Below are positions 1-13,478 of a stretch of 64,000 bases of DNA, in pieces. The DNA comes from Octopus sinensis. Its lineage: Eukaryota. The notes below the pieces were generated by a model, which searched no databases, was not told the DNA's origin, and was given only the letters and a program-made list of their open reading frames with translations. The DNA is taken from the NCBI RefSeq assembly GCF_006345805.1, contig NC_042997.1, positions 89,156,001-89,220,000 on the forward strand, written 5' to 3'. Each line of letters begins with the position of its first letter. Within the stretch, counting starts at the first letter, position 1. Position numbers and translations under genes: made by a program.

Positions 1-1150
1 CGCACACACACATACATGTATGTATATATGTATATATTATGTGTGTATGTATATATACACATATATGTATATATCTTTGTTATGTGTGTTTGTATGCATA
101 TGTGTATGTGTTTGTGTTACTTTTTATCCCTAATTTAATGTGTGAATATATGTTTCTTTACTGCCGTTAGCCTTTTTTTTAAAAAAAAAATCAATAAATT
201 ATGCTATAGGGCAGCAGAGGTTTTTTATTATTGTGGGAATGGTTTTTGCAGAACCAACCCCCTCTTTTGTTCTTCTCCTTCAAACTTGTACTGGTCTGGT
301 GCAACAATTGCCACGAGCCCAATAGTTTATGAGATTGCAGGACTTGTATGGAATTACTCTCTCTTAGATGAGCAGCTAAAGAGCTGAAGGCCTCATATTC
401 CCTAGGTCCTATGGGGGTGTCAGTGAAATACCATTTTTGACTTTTCCTGGAGGCACTTCCGTGAAAAGTTCATTAATCCATAGCTGGGAACCTGAAAGAT
501 TCTACTACTCCGAGTGAGAGAAGACTTTTGATGAAGAAATAATTCCGTGCTTCTCAAAACCCTAAAACTCACGAACCAGGGCCCCACTAACGGATGCAAG
601 TTAAATCCATACCCAGGATAAATATAACAATGTAACTACAAGTTATCTTCTGTTGATTGACGAATTTAAAGGAGGGTGAGGTTATTTAACTTGAAGTGTA
701 GCCGGATCGAGAAGACCTCAAACTAAACTGGAGTGATGTTGACCTTCTGTATTTTTATATATTTATGACTGTTGTCCTTTGTGTTATTTTTTTTTTTGAG
801 AGAGAGAGAGAGATTTCTCTACTATTCTTTCATTGAATCATGTCTTGTTTTCTTAGACATTACAAAGTGTAGCACGATTTTTGTCCTTAGGTAGCAGTAG
901 CAACTGTTATTTCCTATTTACTTACCCCTAGAAATTATGAAAAATGGTTAATATTTCCTCAAACTTTGCTTAGGTTACATTTATTCAAACCCCAAAGAAT
1001 CTCTCTCAGCATATGGCTATGATGCTTTCCCACTACTCCTGCTCATGATCAGAGATGCACATATTGTCAACCACTAAGGGACATGCTCAAGTGGATATGG
1101 TCAAGCAACTAAAAGGCAGATCTGTGGCATTGAGCAGAATATTTGCTTTA

Positions 1151-1188
1151 TCAATATTTCTGCTTCAGCAACTCAGCGTTGAATCTGT
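1151..1188 (-). CDS. Candidate terminal coding exon of the same unidentified gene
   Basis: Acceptor ttattttctttacattccAG (1190-1189). Phase-compatible with the 2125-2036 exon, giving (H)RFNAELLKQKY*. Confidence 0.35.
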
Positions 1189-2035
1189 CTGGAATGTAAA
1201 GAAAATAAGTCAGTTTCAAAACATTGATGTCCAGGTCACAAAAGCAAAGTTTGAAGATTAGTAGTGATTTCCTTTGATTTTTAGATAGAAGCAAATAGGC
1301 AATAATATTTACTGACCAAAAACAAAACAAAAATTGTTACACTGTGCTAGGTCATATGCTCATTGAAAAATGTTTTCAAGATCTCTGTCTAGTTGGCTTA
1401 TGGATAACGCCTGTACGTTCAGTGCGGAGATGTTTGTTTGTTTGTTTTTGTTTTGTTTTCTTTCAAAGTAACTATTCAGTAAAACTAGATATTGCAACTG
1501 TAATTGCCAGCTATGAGTGATCTTCCATTAATTTGAAATTTATCTTATTATAATTGAGAGTTTCGGCGAATCAAGAAAGACATTTAGCGTTAGTCTTACT
1601 CGGCATAGAAAACTAAAAGCACAAATTCTGATTATATTATTCCATTCGTTTATTTTATCAAAAGAAAAAGTAGTTTTAACATTAATTTTAAAATTTCTCA
1701 TTAAAATACTTAAAAATTGGTGCAAGCAAGGTATTTCTCTTAAAATTTTATATATTTGGAAAAAAATTATTTCAAAAAAATATTTACAAATTTTATATTG
1801 TTTTATTGGTAAGTGACTGCTTTATGTGTATTGTATGCTTTATGTATTTTCTATACATGTTATATATATTTTTCATTTATCTTAAACTTCATAAAAGTAT
1901 ATTAGAGCTATTATTCCAGATAACAAATTTGAGTAACATAATAGGAATTAACAAGAACTCTAAAGAACCGTGACTTTATGGACGGTAATTATTTACTACA
2001 TCTTTAAATAAAACATAGAAAGGAAATACTCTTAC

Positions 2036-2125
2036 GTTTGCACAAAATAAACTGAGTTTCTGGTAAAATGTCTTCCATTATAAGATAGTCAGAGAAGGAG
2101 ATACAATGCCTATGCCTTTTGTAGG
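2036..2125 (-). CDS. Candidate 90-nt coding exon of an unidentified gene
   Basis: AG acceptor at 2127-2126 after a T-rich tract and GTAAGA donor at 2035. Open in phase 1 to phase 1: YKRHRHCISFSDYLIMEDILPETQFILCK. No homology recognised. Confidence 0.4.
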
Positions 2126-3603
2126 CTTTCCAAAACAACGGAAAGAATATATATTTCATTTTCTCTGTTTTAATTGTGTGTGCATATTGAGTACGCAGGC
2201 GCGCGCGTCTTTTTTTTTATATATTATTATCAAAATGATTACAGCTATGCAAGTATTGTTGGCACATATTTTTACATAGATTGACTATTCCAACTGAATA
2301 AGTGATTTCGTTTTTGTTAAGCGCAGGCATAGCTGTGTAGTTAAGAAACTTGCTTTCAGCGTAAGCTCCGCCTCGTGACGCCTTGGGCACGTGTCTTCTA
2401 CTAGAGCCTTGGGCTATAGAAGACCAATACCTTGCAAGTGAGTTTAGAAAATGGAAACTGTCAGGAAACCCGTCGTATATGTATGTGTGCGTGTGTGTTT
2501 AATAATTAAATTTCGATTGAAAATACTTTGTAGGATTGGATCCAAAGGCAATTAAATATGAAGATATGGTTTATATAAATTACGTCAATATTTTATTGAG
2601 GTTAGAGCAATACAAACTTCTTTGATTCTTGAAAATTTCCCCAATGATGATGAAAGGTATTCCATCCATAACCATTCTTTTTTCTGGCATTGCCAATCTA
2701 TGACTACATAATTCAATGTTTCTTTTATTTCAAGACGGTAGGGTGTGATGTGAGGAAAATTTGACTGCTATTTCTAGCAGATTGTGAAACTCCGTAGAGG
2801 CTGCTTAGTTGGTGATTTTGTGTGACTTAATTCGCCTGGCTGATGGCTGGTTTCATTTTGGATTCACATTGAAAGTATTATAGTACTTTCTAGTAATTAT
2901 TAGTTGTGAACGCATTCAGCCATAAAAGAGAGGAATACTTTCTTCTACATATAAATACTAGTATAACCATGTCGTAAAAAAATGTGTGTGTGTGTGTGCA
3001 CGTACGTACGTACGTATGTATAAATGTATATATAATTTCTTGCATTGCCGGACAGAATAATGTGTGTGGACGTATTTATGTATGTATGCAAGTGTTAGGG
3101 CGTGTTCGTATTAGTGCGTGTGTGTTAGTATGTATGTGTAAGTGAAATTTTCTCCTTCCACGATCGTTTCTTCTCTATCTTATTCTCTTTCTTCTCCCTC
3201 TCGTCATTTCCTTCTCTTTGTTTCTATCTTCCCTCCCGCACTTCTGCCCATTCCTCTCTACCTTCATTCCACCTTACCTAGTACAGCTACGCTTTTCCCC
3301 TTCCCCATCCTCTCTGAAGGTACTACTCTTTCTTTTGTCTCTCTCTTCTTATTCTCCTACTATTACACTTTACTGGGTGGTGCATTGTGTTCTTGAGCAA
3401 AAACACATCATCTCACGTTGCTCTGCCATCACTTCGACACCTGACGTGTGGCACACTGTGCACCAGTTCAGACAACATCGATTCGATGAAGAGAGTAAGC
3501 TCATGTGCGGCACGAACATTTGATTGCTATAAACAAGTCATTTGTGCAGGTCGTTCAGCAAAAGCTGAAGGCTCATACGTCGTTTTTGACGGGAGAGTCC
3601 ATC

Positions 3604-3718
<115 letters not shown>

Positions 3719-4489
3719 AGTTAATCCAAACAAGAAAGCACAAAAAACACAACGCAAGGACATGGAACAAATATAGTATTATTGGACGCTCAGGAAAGAA
3801 GGAAAGGAGGGTTTAACGTTTTGAGCGGAGCTCTTCGTCGGAAACATAGGAGAAGGAAAGATCCAGAGAAGGGAAGACAGAGGGGAAAAAATCGCCAACG
3901 GTACACACACATACACACAGACACAAAGACCAGGACGTTTATTTTAGTAGATCCATGACGTTGCAAGTAAAGGAGAATGTAAAACAGCAAACTTAAAAGA
4001 AGGTCTCTGCGTAGTCGTGTACTCTGCAAAAGTGATGTCATCTTCAAATCCCACCTTATCGGACGCGATGAGAGGTGAGCTACAAATCCTGTCAATTACA
4101 CGATTTTGTGGCATTATTCCATCATCAAATTTAATAATACCTGATCTTCACAGGAAAACTGTTGTCATTAGGATTTAAACACTCATCCATCCTTAAGGCG
4201 CAATAGTACAAAGCGATTTTCTTGCCTGGAGAAGCTTGCAAAACTTCAATGTCAGTCGTTTAAATCAACCCCAGTATTTGACTGCTGTCTTATTTTATCG
4301 ACACCCGGAAGGAAGAAAAGCAAAATTGAATTTTGCATTTTGAGAACAGTTTACCCGACTCTCGAACGAATCTACCATTCCACTATTTTAAGACCTTAAA
4401 GTAAAACACATAATAAAGACTTGGATATACTATACCTGAAAAAAAAACAACACTAAAAAACAACAATGTGAAGTACACAAAATAGTAAA

Positions 4490-5090
4490 ACAGAAAACAT
4501 GAGGTCGAAATTTCTTTCTGAAGATGTATCAATGCTTGATTTCCATAGAAAATATATTCGTCCAACTGAAAATATCCTAACTTTGTTATCCAAGCCATTG
4601 GTATTATTGTTTGGCAGTACTTATCTGTGTGAGCAATAGTGTCAGTGGAAGGGGTGGAAGAACAGGGTGGGTTGGATGGAGTTCAGACCGTTCATAACAA
4701 GAGCATATAGTAGCATACGTCACAATGTAGAGTCTGTCACCGAGCGTAATGTGGAAACATGGGTCAAGTTTGATCTGTGCTTGACCCAAGAAGAAACTCT
4801 GACGAGCATACAGTTACAGTATCTAAATATGCAGGTAGAGATAACCTTGCTATCTTAAAGTAAATTAAAATATTTATACCTTAAAAAGGAAGCGGGGATA
4901 TGATTAAAAAGAAATGTTTAAGCTAAATTTGGGATCCGCATCAAAATTTCACTTCGAAAATGGCATTCACATCGCTAATGAGAACAAAATTGATTTTTGC
5001 ATATTCGGATAATATCTAACTATTGGGATTAACATGCAACTTCCAATCAACAAGCAGTGTTCAATTTCATATTGAATCACCATCTGTTTG
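4490..5090 (+). pseudogene. hAT (Charlie/SPIN-like) transposase C-terminal relic
   Basis: Plus-strand LLFGSTYLCEQ (~4605-4637) and terminal NKQCSISY* (~5050-5075) resemble the hAT dimerisation-domain end. Interrupted and highly decayed. Confidence 0.55.
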
Positions 5091-5329
5091 CATTAAATTT
5101 TGTCTTTTCATTATAGTCAGTTTAGCACCTTTTAATGCATGCTTTTTTATGTTGTCATTGTGATTATTTGCGTGTTTTTTCTAGATTCGTAAAATGCCCT
5201 GATTGAAATATATTGCAACTAAATTAAGTTCTTTCATAACTGATTGCCAGCCTGTAAGCAAAAATGATTTTCTAGCATGCATCGTTTATTGCTTCGGTGA
5301 AAAAATATAATTAGAAGTTAATGTCTTAA

Positions 5330-5640
5330 GGATTTATGAATTTCAAGGGAACATGAAATAATTCCATTTTAGAATGTTGGATCTCGAAACAGATGAGCTA
5401 TAAATAATAGCGGGTAAATATTGGATTAAAACCCTTTGGATAGAAAAAAGTTAAAGGCTGCCCGCAGAACCCGAACTGCTCTGTAAGCGTGAAGAGACAT
5501 CGGTTCAGGTTGTCTTCGGCATTTTCTGCCCAAAGGGTTTTTAACTTAATATTTACACGCTATATTTTATAGCTCATCTGCTTCAAGATCCGACGTTCCA
5601 AAACAGAATTATTACTAGATGTATTTAAATTCATAATTCC
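5330..5640. mobile_element. MITE-like inverted repeat (~120-bp diverged arms)
   Basis: GATGAGCTATAAA...AAACCCTTTGG on the left is mirrored by CCAAAGGGTTT...TTTATAGCTCATC on the right. No clear TSD. Confidence 0.6.
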
Positions 5641-6117
5641 CGTTTTTGAAACTGTTTGTATATTTATCTAGCAAACTTTGAAATTATTAATACACTGTCC
5701 GGTCTGCAGATGATAAAAAAGATGCCGACCCCTGTACTTTACCTGCATAAGCAATTTCTACCGATGAGCCAAGAAATTACGGGTATGAAAGAGCAGTCAC
5801 ATGTCCCTCAAATCATAACATAACATCTTAACTAGAGAAGGACGCATTAGATAAATGTAGTCCTAGATACCCATAAAAAAGGAGTGGCAGAGTGGCCTAG
5901 CTGGAATGTTTATTTGTGATAGCTCTGCTCTAGCACTGCTGATCTGAGGCTTAACGATAACAACACTAACAAGAAGAATTTCTACAGATGACAGTGAACT
6001 CTACTAAATGATGTGGGTGTGTACAATGAGACAAAACAGTGTGTTTTCAGGATAACTATAACTAACTTTCTCTAAATACCTTCTCAGATATTACAGTAAC
6101 TACTTACTGCTGCTGCT

Positions 6118-6151
<34 letters not shown>

Positions 6152-7410
6152 GGCCCTTAACTAGCATACCTACGATCAATGCATTTATGTCCGGATCATT
6201 CTGTTTTTGTTTTTTGTTTTTGCTTTTTAGTATAGTGTACAGTATCGAATGTGTTCTTTTTTTGTTGAAGACGTTAGGAGGTGATTTGAAAGGGTTCTTG
6301 ACAGCATTATAAGCCCCTCAGCAATTCAATGCAATGAGCCCTATAGAATATACTTAAAATCAAGTCACAGTATACATACATCATAATGGGGACCCTAAAC
6401 CTATTAGACCCCCAGGCAAATCCCCTGTGTGTCCATACCTTAAGACGGCGCTGCATACAGACATACAAACAGAGCCGTCTGAGCAGCATTATAGTCTCCT
6501 GAGCAAATCGATGTACTGGATTCTGTAGTATTTATTGAGATTAAGCCACAGCATACATAGATGATAATTGCGTCCCTAGATTCATGAAAGCCCAGGGCTA
6601 CTAACTGCCCAGTGTGCCCATGACTCGAGCTGGAATTGCATTTAGTTGTTATTTCTTGCAGATCGAGCAACCATGTACAAGCTCCTCCATTAGCTCACTG
6701 ATCAATTTCTCATTGTTGTTATTGTTTAAATATTAGAAAAGCTGGTGCGAGAGAAATGAGATGTAAACATATTATCAGTGTGCTTTTGATATACAGGGAA
6801 AGAGTAGGGAGTTTCTTGGACCGTCTCACAGTGTGTTGACGGCTCCTTACGGAAGATGTCCTTTATCAATAACATAGAATATTCAGCGCATACACACACA
6901 CACACACACACACGCACACACATGTATATATGTGTGTGCGCGCGCGCGTGTATATACATGTTCGGCTTAACAGCCCTTCTTGTCTGTGTTACTGTTATTC
7001 TCCTTGTCCTGTCTTTTACTGTTTATATTTTGTACTGTCGTTACTGTCCTGTTTTTGTTACCATTTTTACCCCTCCGCAAAAAAATCTCAAATTTTACTT
7101 AATTTGCTTTTCGCGGGAAGAAATGTTTCAGTCGAAGACGCGTCTCGCCTTCACCTTCGAACGCGGAGTAGATGAAACCATGGCGACTGAAGAAGGGGAA
7201 TTTTCCTTGTGGTGTATGTCCAGTACTCTATTTTTTCGTTGTTTAAGAAAAATGTCCAGTTCCTTGGTTTTGTGTTTGTTTTCGTTTCTCATTGTGTTCG
7301 ACGTTTATTTTTTTTGTGTCCTGTACCCATATATGCATGTATATATGCATGTAGATGTAGGTACGTACATATATGTATGACTATATGCATATGTTTTATT
7401 TATTAATTTG

Positions 7411-7465
<55 letters not shown>

Positions 7466-7479
7466 CATATATACATACA

Positions 7480-9590
7480 TATATACAGTTGAAATTTATA
7501 GAAAACAAAAGACGAAGACAGTGTGGGAACAACAAGCAGGTGTATTAATCTGATGCTCGGGAATGTCAAAAAGTCTTTTACTTGTCGAGCCTACGCTCTT
7601 CAACAGAAAGGAATAAGAGAAAATGAACAGAGAGAGAGAATTTTTAAAATGTAGATTTAGCGGTCAAGCATGGCGACTGTTTAGATAAAAAAAAAAGTTA
7701 GACAGGAGAGGTTGAAAGAAGGGGAGATAACAAAGTATTGCTGATCCCAAAACGAAGCTGCGCGTGCGTGTGAGTATGTGAGAATGTGGGGGGGGGCAGG
7801 CTAGTCGCTTTGACGTGTATGGATGTGTGCATGTGTAAGTGTGTGTGTCTGTAACGTGTGGGTGTATGGATGATGGTGTGTGGGTGTGCGGATGATAGTG
7901 TGGGTGTGTGCGGATGGTGGTGTGTGATGTGGGTGCTGGGAAGTGCAGTGTAGTGCGTGGAGTGGTGTGGGTTGGTGTGATGTAGTGTTGTAGTGTGGTG
8001 GTGTGGTGTGGGGGGGTGGATGTAGGATGGGTTCGGTGAGGATGTGGGGCGGGGTTTTTTTTGGGGGGGGAGGATGTGGGATGGGTGGGGATGATATCAA
8101 TGAAGAGAGAAGGTAGGTAGGAGTAAAGAGAGGAAATAGGTGTCAGATGAAGTGAGGAGAGGAGAGGTGGGTAGGAGTGAAGAGAGGAAGTAGGTTTCAG
8201 ATGAAAAGAGGAGAAGAGGGGAATCAGATGAAGAAAGGAGGGGAGTTGAACCCATGTGGGGCAAAGGAGCGAAGAGGGAAGATTAATTCTTGTTCACGGC
8301 AAAGGTGTGAGTCCGGATGGCCCCTGTGCAAAGACAGTCCGAACACAGACAGGTATTATAGTGAATGACCGGTAGAGCGGAAATGGCGCGAGACTGGAGT
8401 GTCATTGCCGAGTCTGATGTCTCGGAGGTGCCCCGCAAACCGATCAGCCAAGTGGCGTCCCGTTTGACCGATGTACAGCGAAGGACAGAAAGAGCAGGAG
8501 ATGCAGTAAATGACGTTGCTAGAAGTGCAAGCGCGGCAGCGTGGTGGAGAGCAGGGGAACAAGCCAGGCTGGGAGGTGGGGCTAGGGAAGAAACTGTGGA
8601 CCAGGAAGTCAAGCAAGTTGGGGGCTCATTTGAAGGAGGGAAGGGATAGGTTGGAGAATATGTGCGAGGTGGAGGGGTTCGGACTGGAGTCGCTGGAAGG
8701 CTAGGAGAATGGTGCGTTGGAGGGGGAGTGTGAAGGGGTGGTAAGTGAGGGGAAACAGGAAACGGACAACAGGGCGGTTGCGGAGAGAGAGACCAGAGAC
8801 ACGGTTCACGGAACGTGCCCTAGCAAGGGCTGTGTGGATAGTGGTGAGTGGATATCTACGAAGGATGAAGTGGCGAGTCATGACTGAGTCTTAAAGTCAT
8901 GGTTGTCACTGCAGAGCCTGCGCAGACAGAGGAATTTGGAGTAAGGATGGAGAGCTTGGTGTAGGTAAGGTGGGAGGAGAAGTTAAAGTAGGAGTGTAAG
9001 TTGGTGTATTTGTAGTGAATGGAGGTAATGAAAGCGGAGTGGTCTATGTTGACTAAGTATCGAGAAATGCGATGGAAATTTTTGGAAATAGTGCAGGAGA
9101 ATTCGAGAGCAGGAAGGAAGATTAGACAAAAGAGAGGAAGGAGTTTAGTTGTTCACGGGAGAGTGAGGTCGCGCCCATATAGTGATCAATATAACGACCG
9201 TATAGTTCGGGAGTGAGACCAGTGAATCGTGGGCCTCAACGTAGCCAACGAACAAGTTCGCATAGTCGAGGCCCATTCTCGTTCCCACGGACACTCCCGA
9301 GTTCTATTAGTGAAAATACCCAGCGAACGAGAAGCAGTTGTGGGAGAGAATAAGTTCGGCCAGACGAAGAAGTGTGGAGGTGTCAGGTTGGGGGTTGGTT
9401 CGAAGGTCCAGAAAGTGCTTAAGTGCAAGAAGTCTTTCGTTGTGTAGGATTACCATATATAGACTCTTGGTATCAAGAGTAAGGAGAATTTTAGAGGAGC
9501 CAGAAGGGAAGGAGAAAGAGTTAAAGAGACGGAGAGCATGGTTAGTGTCGTGGATGTGGGAGGAGAATGAAGCCACTAGGGGGCAAGGAC
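7480..9590 (-). mobile_element. Penelope-like retroelement fragment (RT + GIY-YIG endonuclease, frameshifted) with 3' hammerhead-like motif
   Basis: Minus-strand RT motifs (LLTLDTKSLY; VGTRMGLDYANLFVG; LYGRYIDH) at ~9150-9590. GIY-YIG segment CTSSNVIYCISCSFCPSLYIGQTGRHLADRFAGHLRDI at ~8400-8530. Degenerate hammerhead at 7575-7610 downstream. Confidence 0.85.
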
Positions 9591-9615
9591 ACGGTCATAT
9601 ATATATATATATATA

Positions 9616-9880
9616 TATATTTGTAAAATAGAAGTTTGAAAACGCCACTATATTATATCAATTTTAATTTTCTTATGAATTTTACATGTTTCGGTTCTTG
9701 AAAAAACGAACCTTATCAAAAATATTTTTAAAAGTAAAGTGTAATAGAAAAGTTCATACTTTTTTCTTACTGGTCTCAATAGAATCCATGTGGTGGTGTA
9801 CCGAAACATGTAAAATTCATAAGAAAATTAAAATTGATATAATATAGTGGCGTTTTCAAACTTCTTTTTTACAAATATAT
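9616..9880. repeat. Inverted repeat (~80-bp arms) next to (TA)n
   Basis: 9616-9695 is mirrored by 9800-9880. The arms end internally in CCGAAACATGTAAAAT. Confidence 0.85.
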
Positions 9881-9916
9881 ACCCACTCGTACACGATCTA
9901 CTCTTATTATAAATAA

Positions 9917-9984
<68 letters not shown>

Positions 9985-10379
9985 TAAACTGCATACTTTA
10001 TACACAAATAAATTTTAATATATTTTGTTGCTATTGTTGTTATTATTGATGTTTAATCCACGTCAGGCCTATGATCAAAGGCCTTCAAGCTGTGGTGTTG
10101 GTCATTCATTTTTTTTTTATCAGAAACAGTGTATTTTAACATGTCCTTCCGTTTCGGTTGTGGTGTAAGAGGACTACAGCAGTTTTTTCTAGCAGGTCGA
10201 ATGACCACGTAGATCATTTACATTGGTAAATTTGTTAAAAGTATACACGATTTCTACCTTATTCTTTTTATCTTTTACTTGTTTCAGTCATTGCACTGCC
10301 TTGAGAATTTAGCCGAACAAATCAACCCCTGTTGTCAAACGGGGGTAGAGGACAACCACAAACACACACGCACACGCAC

Positions 10380-10567
<188 letters not shown>

Positions 10568-10639
10568 GCATACATACACACAGATATACATACATATGTA
10601 TATATACATGTGTATATATATATACATATATATCCCACA

Positions 10640-11600
10640 AAAAAACAAATTTAAGAAAGAATTGCATCACTTCTCTAAAAGCTTATGCTTCTCCATTACA
10701 GTAGAAACACAACTAAAATCAGTCAACTTCCTAGATGTTAATCTCAACTAGTTTCTATAGACCCTATAAAAAAGACAACAAAAAATCTCAGTATATGCAT
10801 AGGCAATACAACCACCTCAAAAGCATTATTAAAAATCTAATTAAAAAAACATATTTCTAAGGTTTTCTTCTTCAACTAAAAAAATATTAAATTAAATAGC
10901 AACGCCATATAATAAGCTCTCGGTAACAAAGATTACAAGAAAAAGTACAATAATTAAACAACAAACCTCCAACTATAAATAAAAAAACGTTAGACTAGAA
11001 AAAGGAAAATCATCTGGTTTAATCCTCCTTCAACATTTACGTCTTCATAGCAATAGCTAAATTCTTTTTCAAATTACTGCAAAAATACTTCCACCCCAAC
11101 AACAAGTACTACAAACTAATAAATAAACACAACGTGAAATTGTATATTCCATGACCAACAACTTTAGGAAACTGTAGCCAATTACAACCATCAAAAATTT
11201 CTAAAAGTGAAAACCTAAATCACACTCATAATAACAATTGCAAATGTGGAACAACTTTATCTTGCCCTTTTGAAAGAAATTTTCTGTAGTGCAACGGTAA
11301 CCACGAACAGGACACCAGCTACGATATCTACATATATAGGATCTACAGCATACCAGTTCGAGACACGATATAACCAACGCACGCACACTTATCGTAACCC
11401 TAAGCAAGAAAAATGTTACATCACTATCCAAACATCAATTGGAAAATATTCTCACATGCACAATCATACAAAGGTGACAACAAACTCTACCAACTTTGTT
11501 CTAATGAATCCTACTATATCCTCACATTCAAGAACCAAATTCTGAACCGAAACACTGAACTAGTCTCTTCATGCAAGTACAAGAGCTTAAAAACACAAAA
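10640..11600 (+). mobile_element. Degenerate Penelope-like retroelement fragment (RT thumb + GIY-YIG)
   Basis: Translated pieces: ITVETQLKSVNFLDVNLN, YRPYKK, KRKIIWFNPP, TYIGSTAYQFETRY, INWKIFSHAQSY...LNRNTELVSSC. Many stops and frameshifts. Confidence 0.75.
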
Positions 11601-13301
11601 ATATTTAAAACTAATAGTTTTTTTGTATATAACGGCTAAAATATATCTCACCACATTCTCTCCTTCCACATTCACCATAAACTATCCCATAGTATATATA
11701 AAAATCATTTTCACAACTGAAAACTAAGCGAGCGCTTAAAAATCATATAAAACTTTCCCAATCTCCAACCAAAATTAACCCCACAAAAGATTTTCTAACG
11801 TAAGTGCACAAACCAACATACTCTTACAGAAATAGATATTTATATGCAAGCAAGTTAGATGAACCTTTTCTTTTTTATTCTGCCACTTTTTAAATTTAGA
11901 TTTTTTAAATATTTAAATTAATTTTAAAAATTAAATTGTATTTTTATTCCTATTTTAATGTATGAGTATATACACACTTTTTTATAACGCCCTACTTTCG
12001 CATATATCCATAGACCCACATTTGAAACAGAAGCGAAGAAATATTTATAAGCACATAACCCACTAATCCTGCTCCCATGAAACACAAAGGTTAAAATTTC
12101 TACATATTAATCAAATTGCTTATAGAACAACGAACTCCTAGAGAGAAATATACTGACCAACAACCTTTACACCTACCCACATACTATTGTGTATATCAAA
12201 GCACAAGACAAAAATATTTTTATACGAACAACACCATAACATACTTGATTAATAACCTTCACCCTCAAAATACAAAGAGTAAATACCCTAAATAACATCA
12301 ACAGCAAGTAAAGAAGCTCACTGACCAACTAAAACATAGTACCTACTTGCATTGCATTCTTTCGTGAACCCTTAAAAATTCCATTATAAGACAAATTGTT
12401 ACACCCAATTGCCAAGTTTTTACATGCTGGACTAAACTTCGAACTCTGGCATTTACATTGCGAAAGCAAAGGATTAAATAAGTAAAAAACGAAAAATAAC
12501 TAAAATTAATGACATCTGCTGACCAAAGAATTTCCTCTACCTATTTCTTTTTGTAAATCACTAAAAAACAATTCCATAACCTGAAACTGACGCACCAAAA
12601 TATACGCACCTATTTACAAAGTTCTACACGCATGAATAAATACTGAACAACATAACCAAATTTAATCAATAAAAGTTTCTCGCAGTACTTCTCCATCATA
12701 CCCTACCCTATAACCTAATTGTTATTCAATTTAACCTCAGAAAAAAATTATCTCAACAGATACTATATAAAGCCAAGACTAACTTACTACATCACAGTCC
12801 AATGACGGCTTAGCCAGCCGAAACTTCGAAGTCACTGTCAACAACAATCTTGTATAAGAATATTAAATTTGTGCTCTACAAAAATATAGAGTAGCCCATA
12901 AGATTAATGTAAAATTGTTTTTATTATAACTGAGCATAAAAACAAATATACACACACATATTGCATAAAAACAAATGCACACACACACACACACACGCAC
13001 GCACACACATATAGTATAGTGACTAGCGATCTATTATGGCGAATGCCATAATAGATCGCTAGCCACAACACATTCTGTATTTTCTCTCCTTGTTTCTTTC
13101 TGTGTTCCTTTCTGTGGAATAGCGTAGGCACGAAACGTTAAAGACTTTTTCACTTCCCGAGCGTTAAACTAATACATCTGTTTGTTGTCTACACACCTGT
13201 CTTCGTCTTTTGATTTTCTTTTTTTTGAATTCTCCCTATGTATGTACCGTTGACGATTTTTTTCCTCTGTCTTCCCTTCTCTGGATCTTTCCTTCTCCTA
13301 T

Positions 13302-13336
13302 GTTTCCGACGAAGAGCTCCGCTCGAAACGTTAAAC
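13302..13336 (+). ncRNA. Minimal type I hammerhead-like motif (CCGACGA core variant)
   Basis: GUUU-CCGACGA-A-GAGC-UCC-GCUC-GAAA-CG-UU-AAAC. A paralog lies at 3811-3845 on the minus strand. Confidence 0.6.
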
Positions 13337-13428
13337 CTTCCTTCTTTCCTTCTTTCCTGAGCGTCCAATAATACTATATTTGTTCCACGTCCTCGCGTTG
13401 TTGTTTTTTTGTGCTTTCTTGTTTGGAT

Positions 13429-13478
<50 letters not shown>

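Noticed and set aside
360-400. AGATGA-GCAGCT-AAAG-AGCTG-AAGG, resembling a hammerhead stem II
   Set aside because: Both core strands are too degenerate and there are no stem I/III pairings.
7110-7230. CTGA(A/T)GA followed by a hairpin in a repeat family (also ~17890 minus, ~43980)
   Set aside because: No downstream GAAA or stem III/I pairing could be built in any of the three copies.
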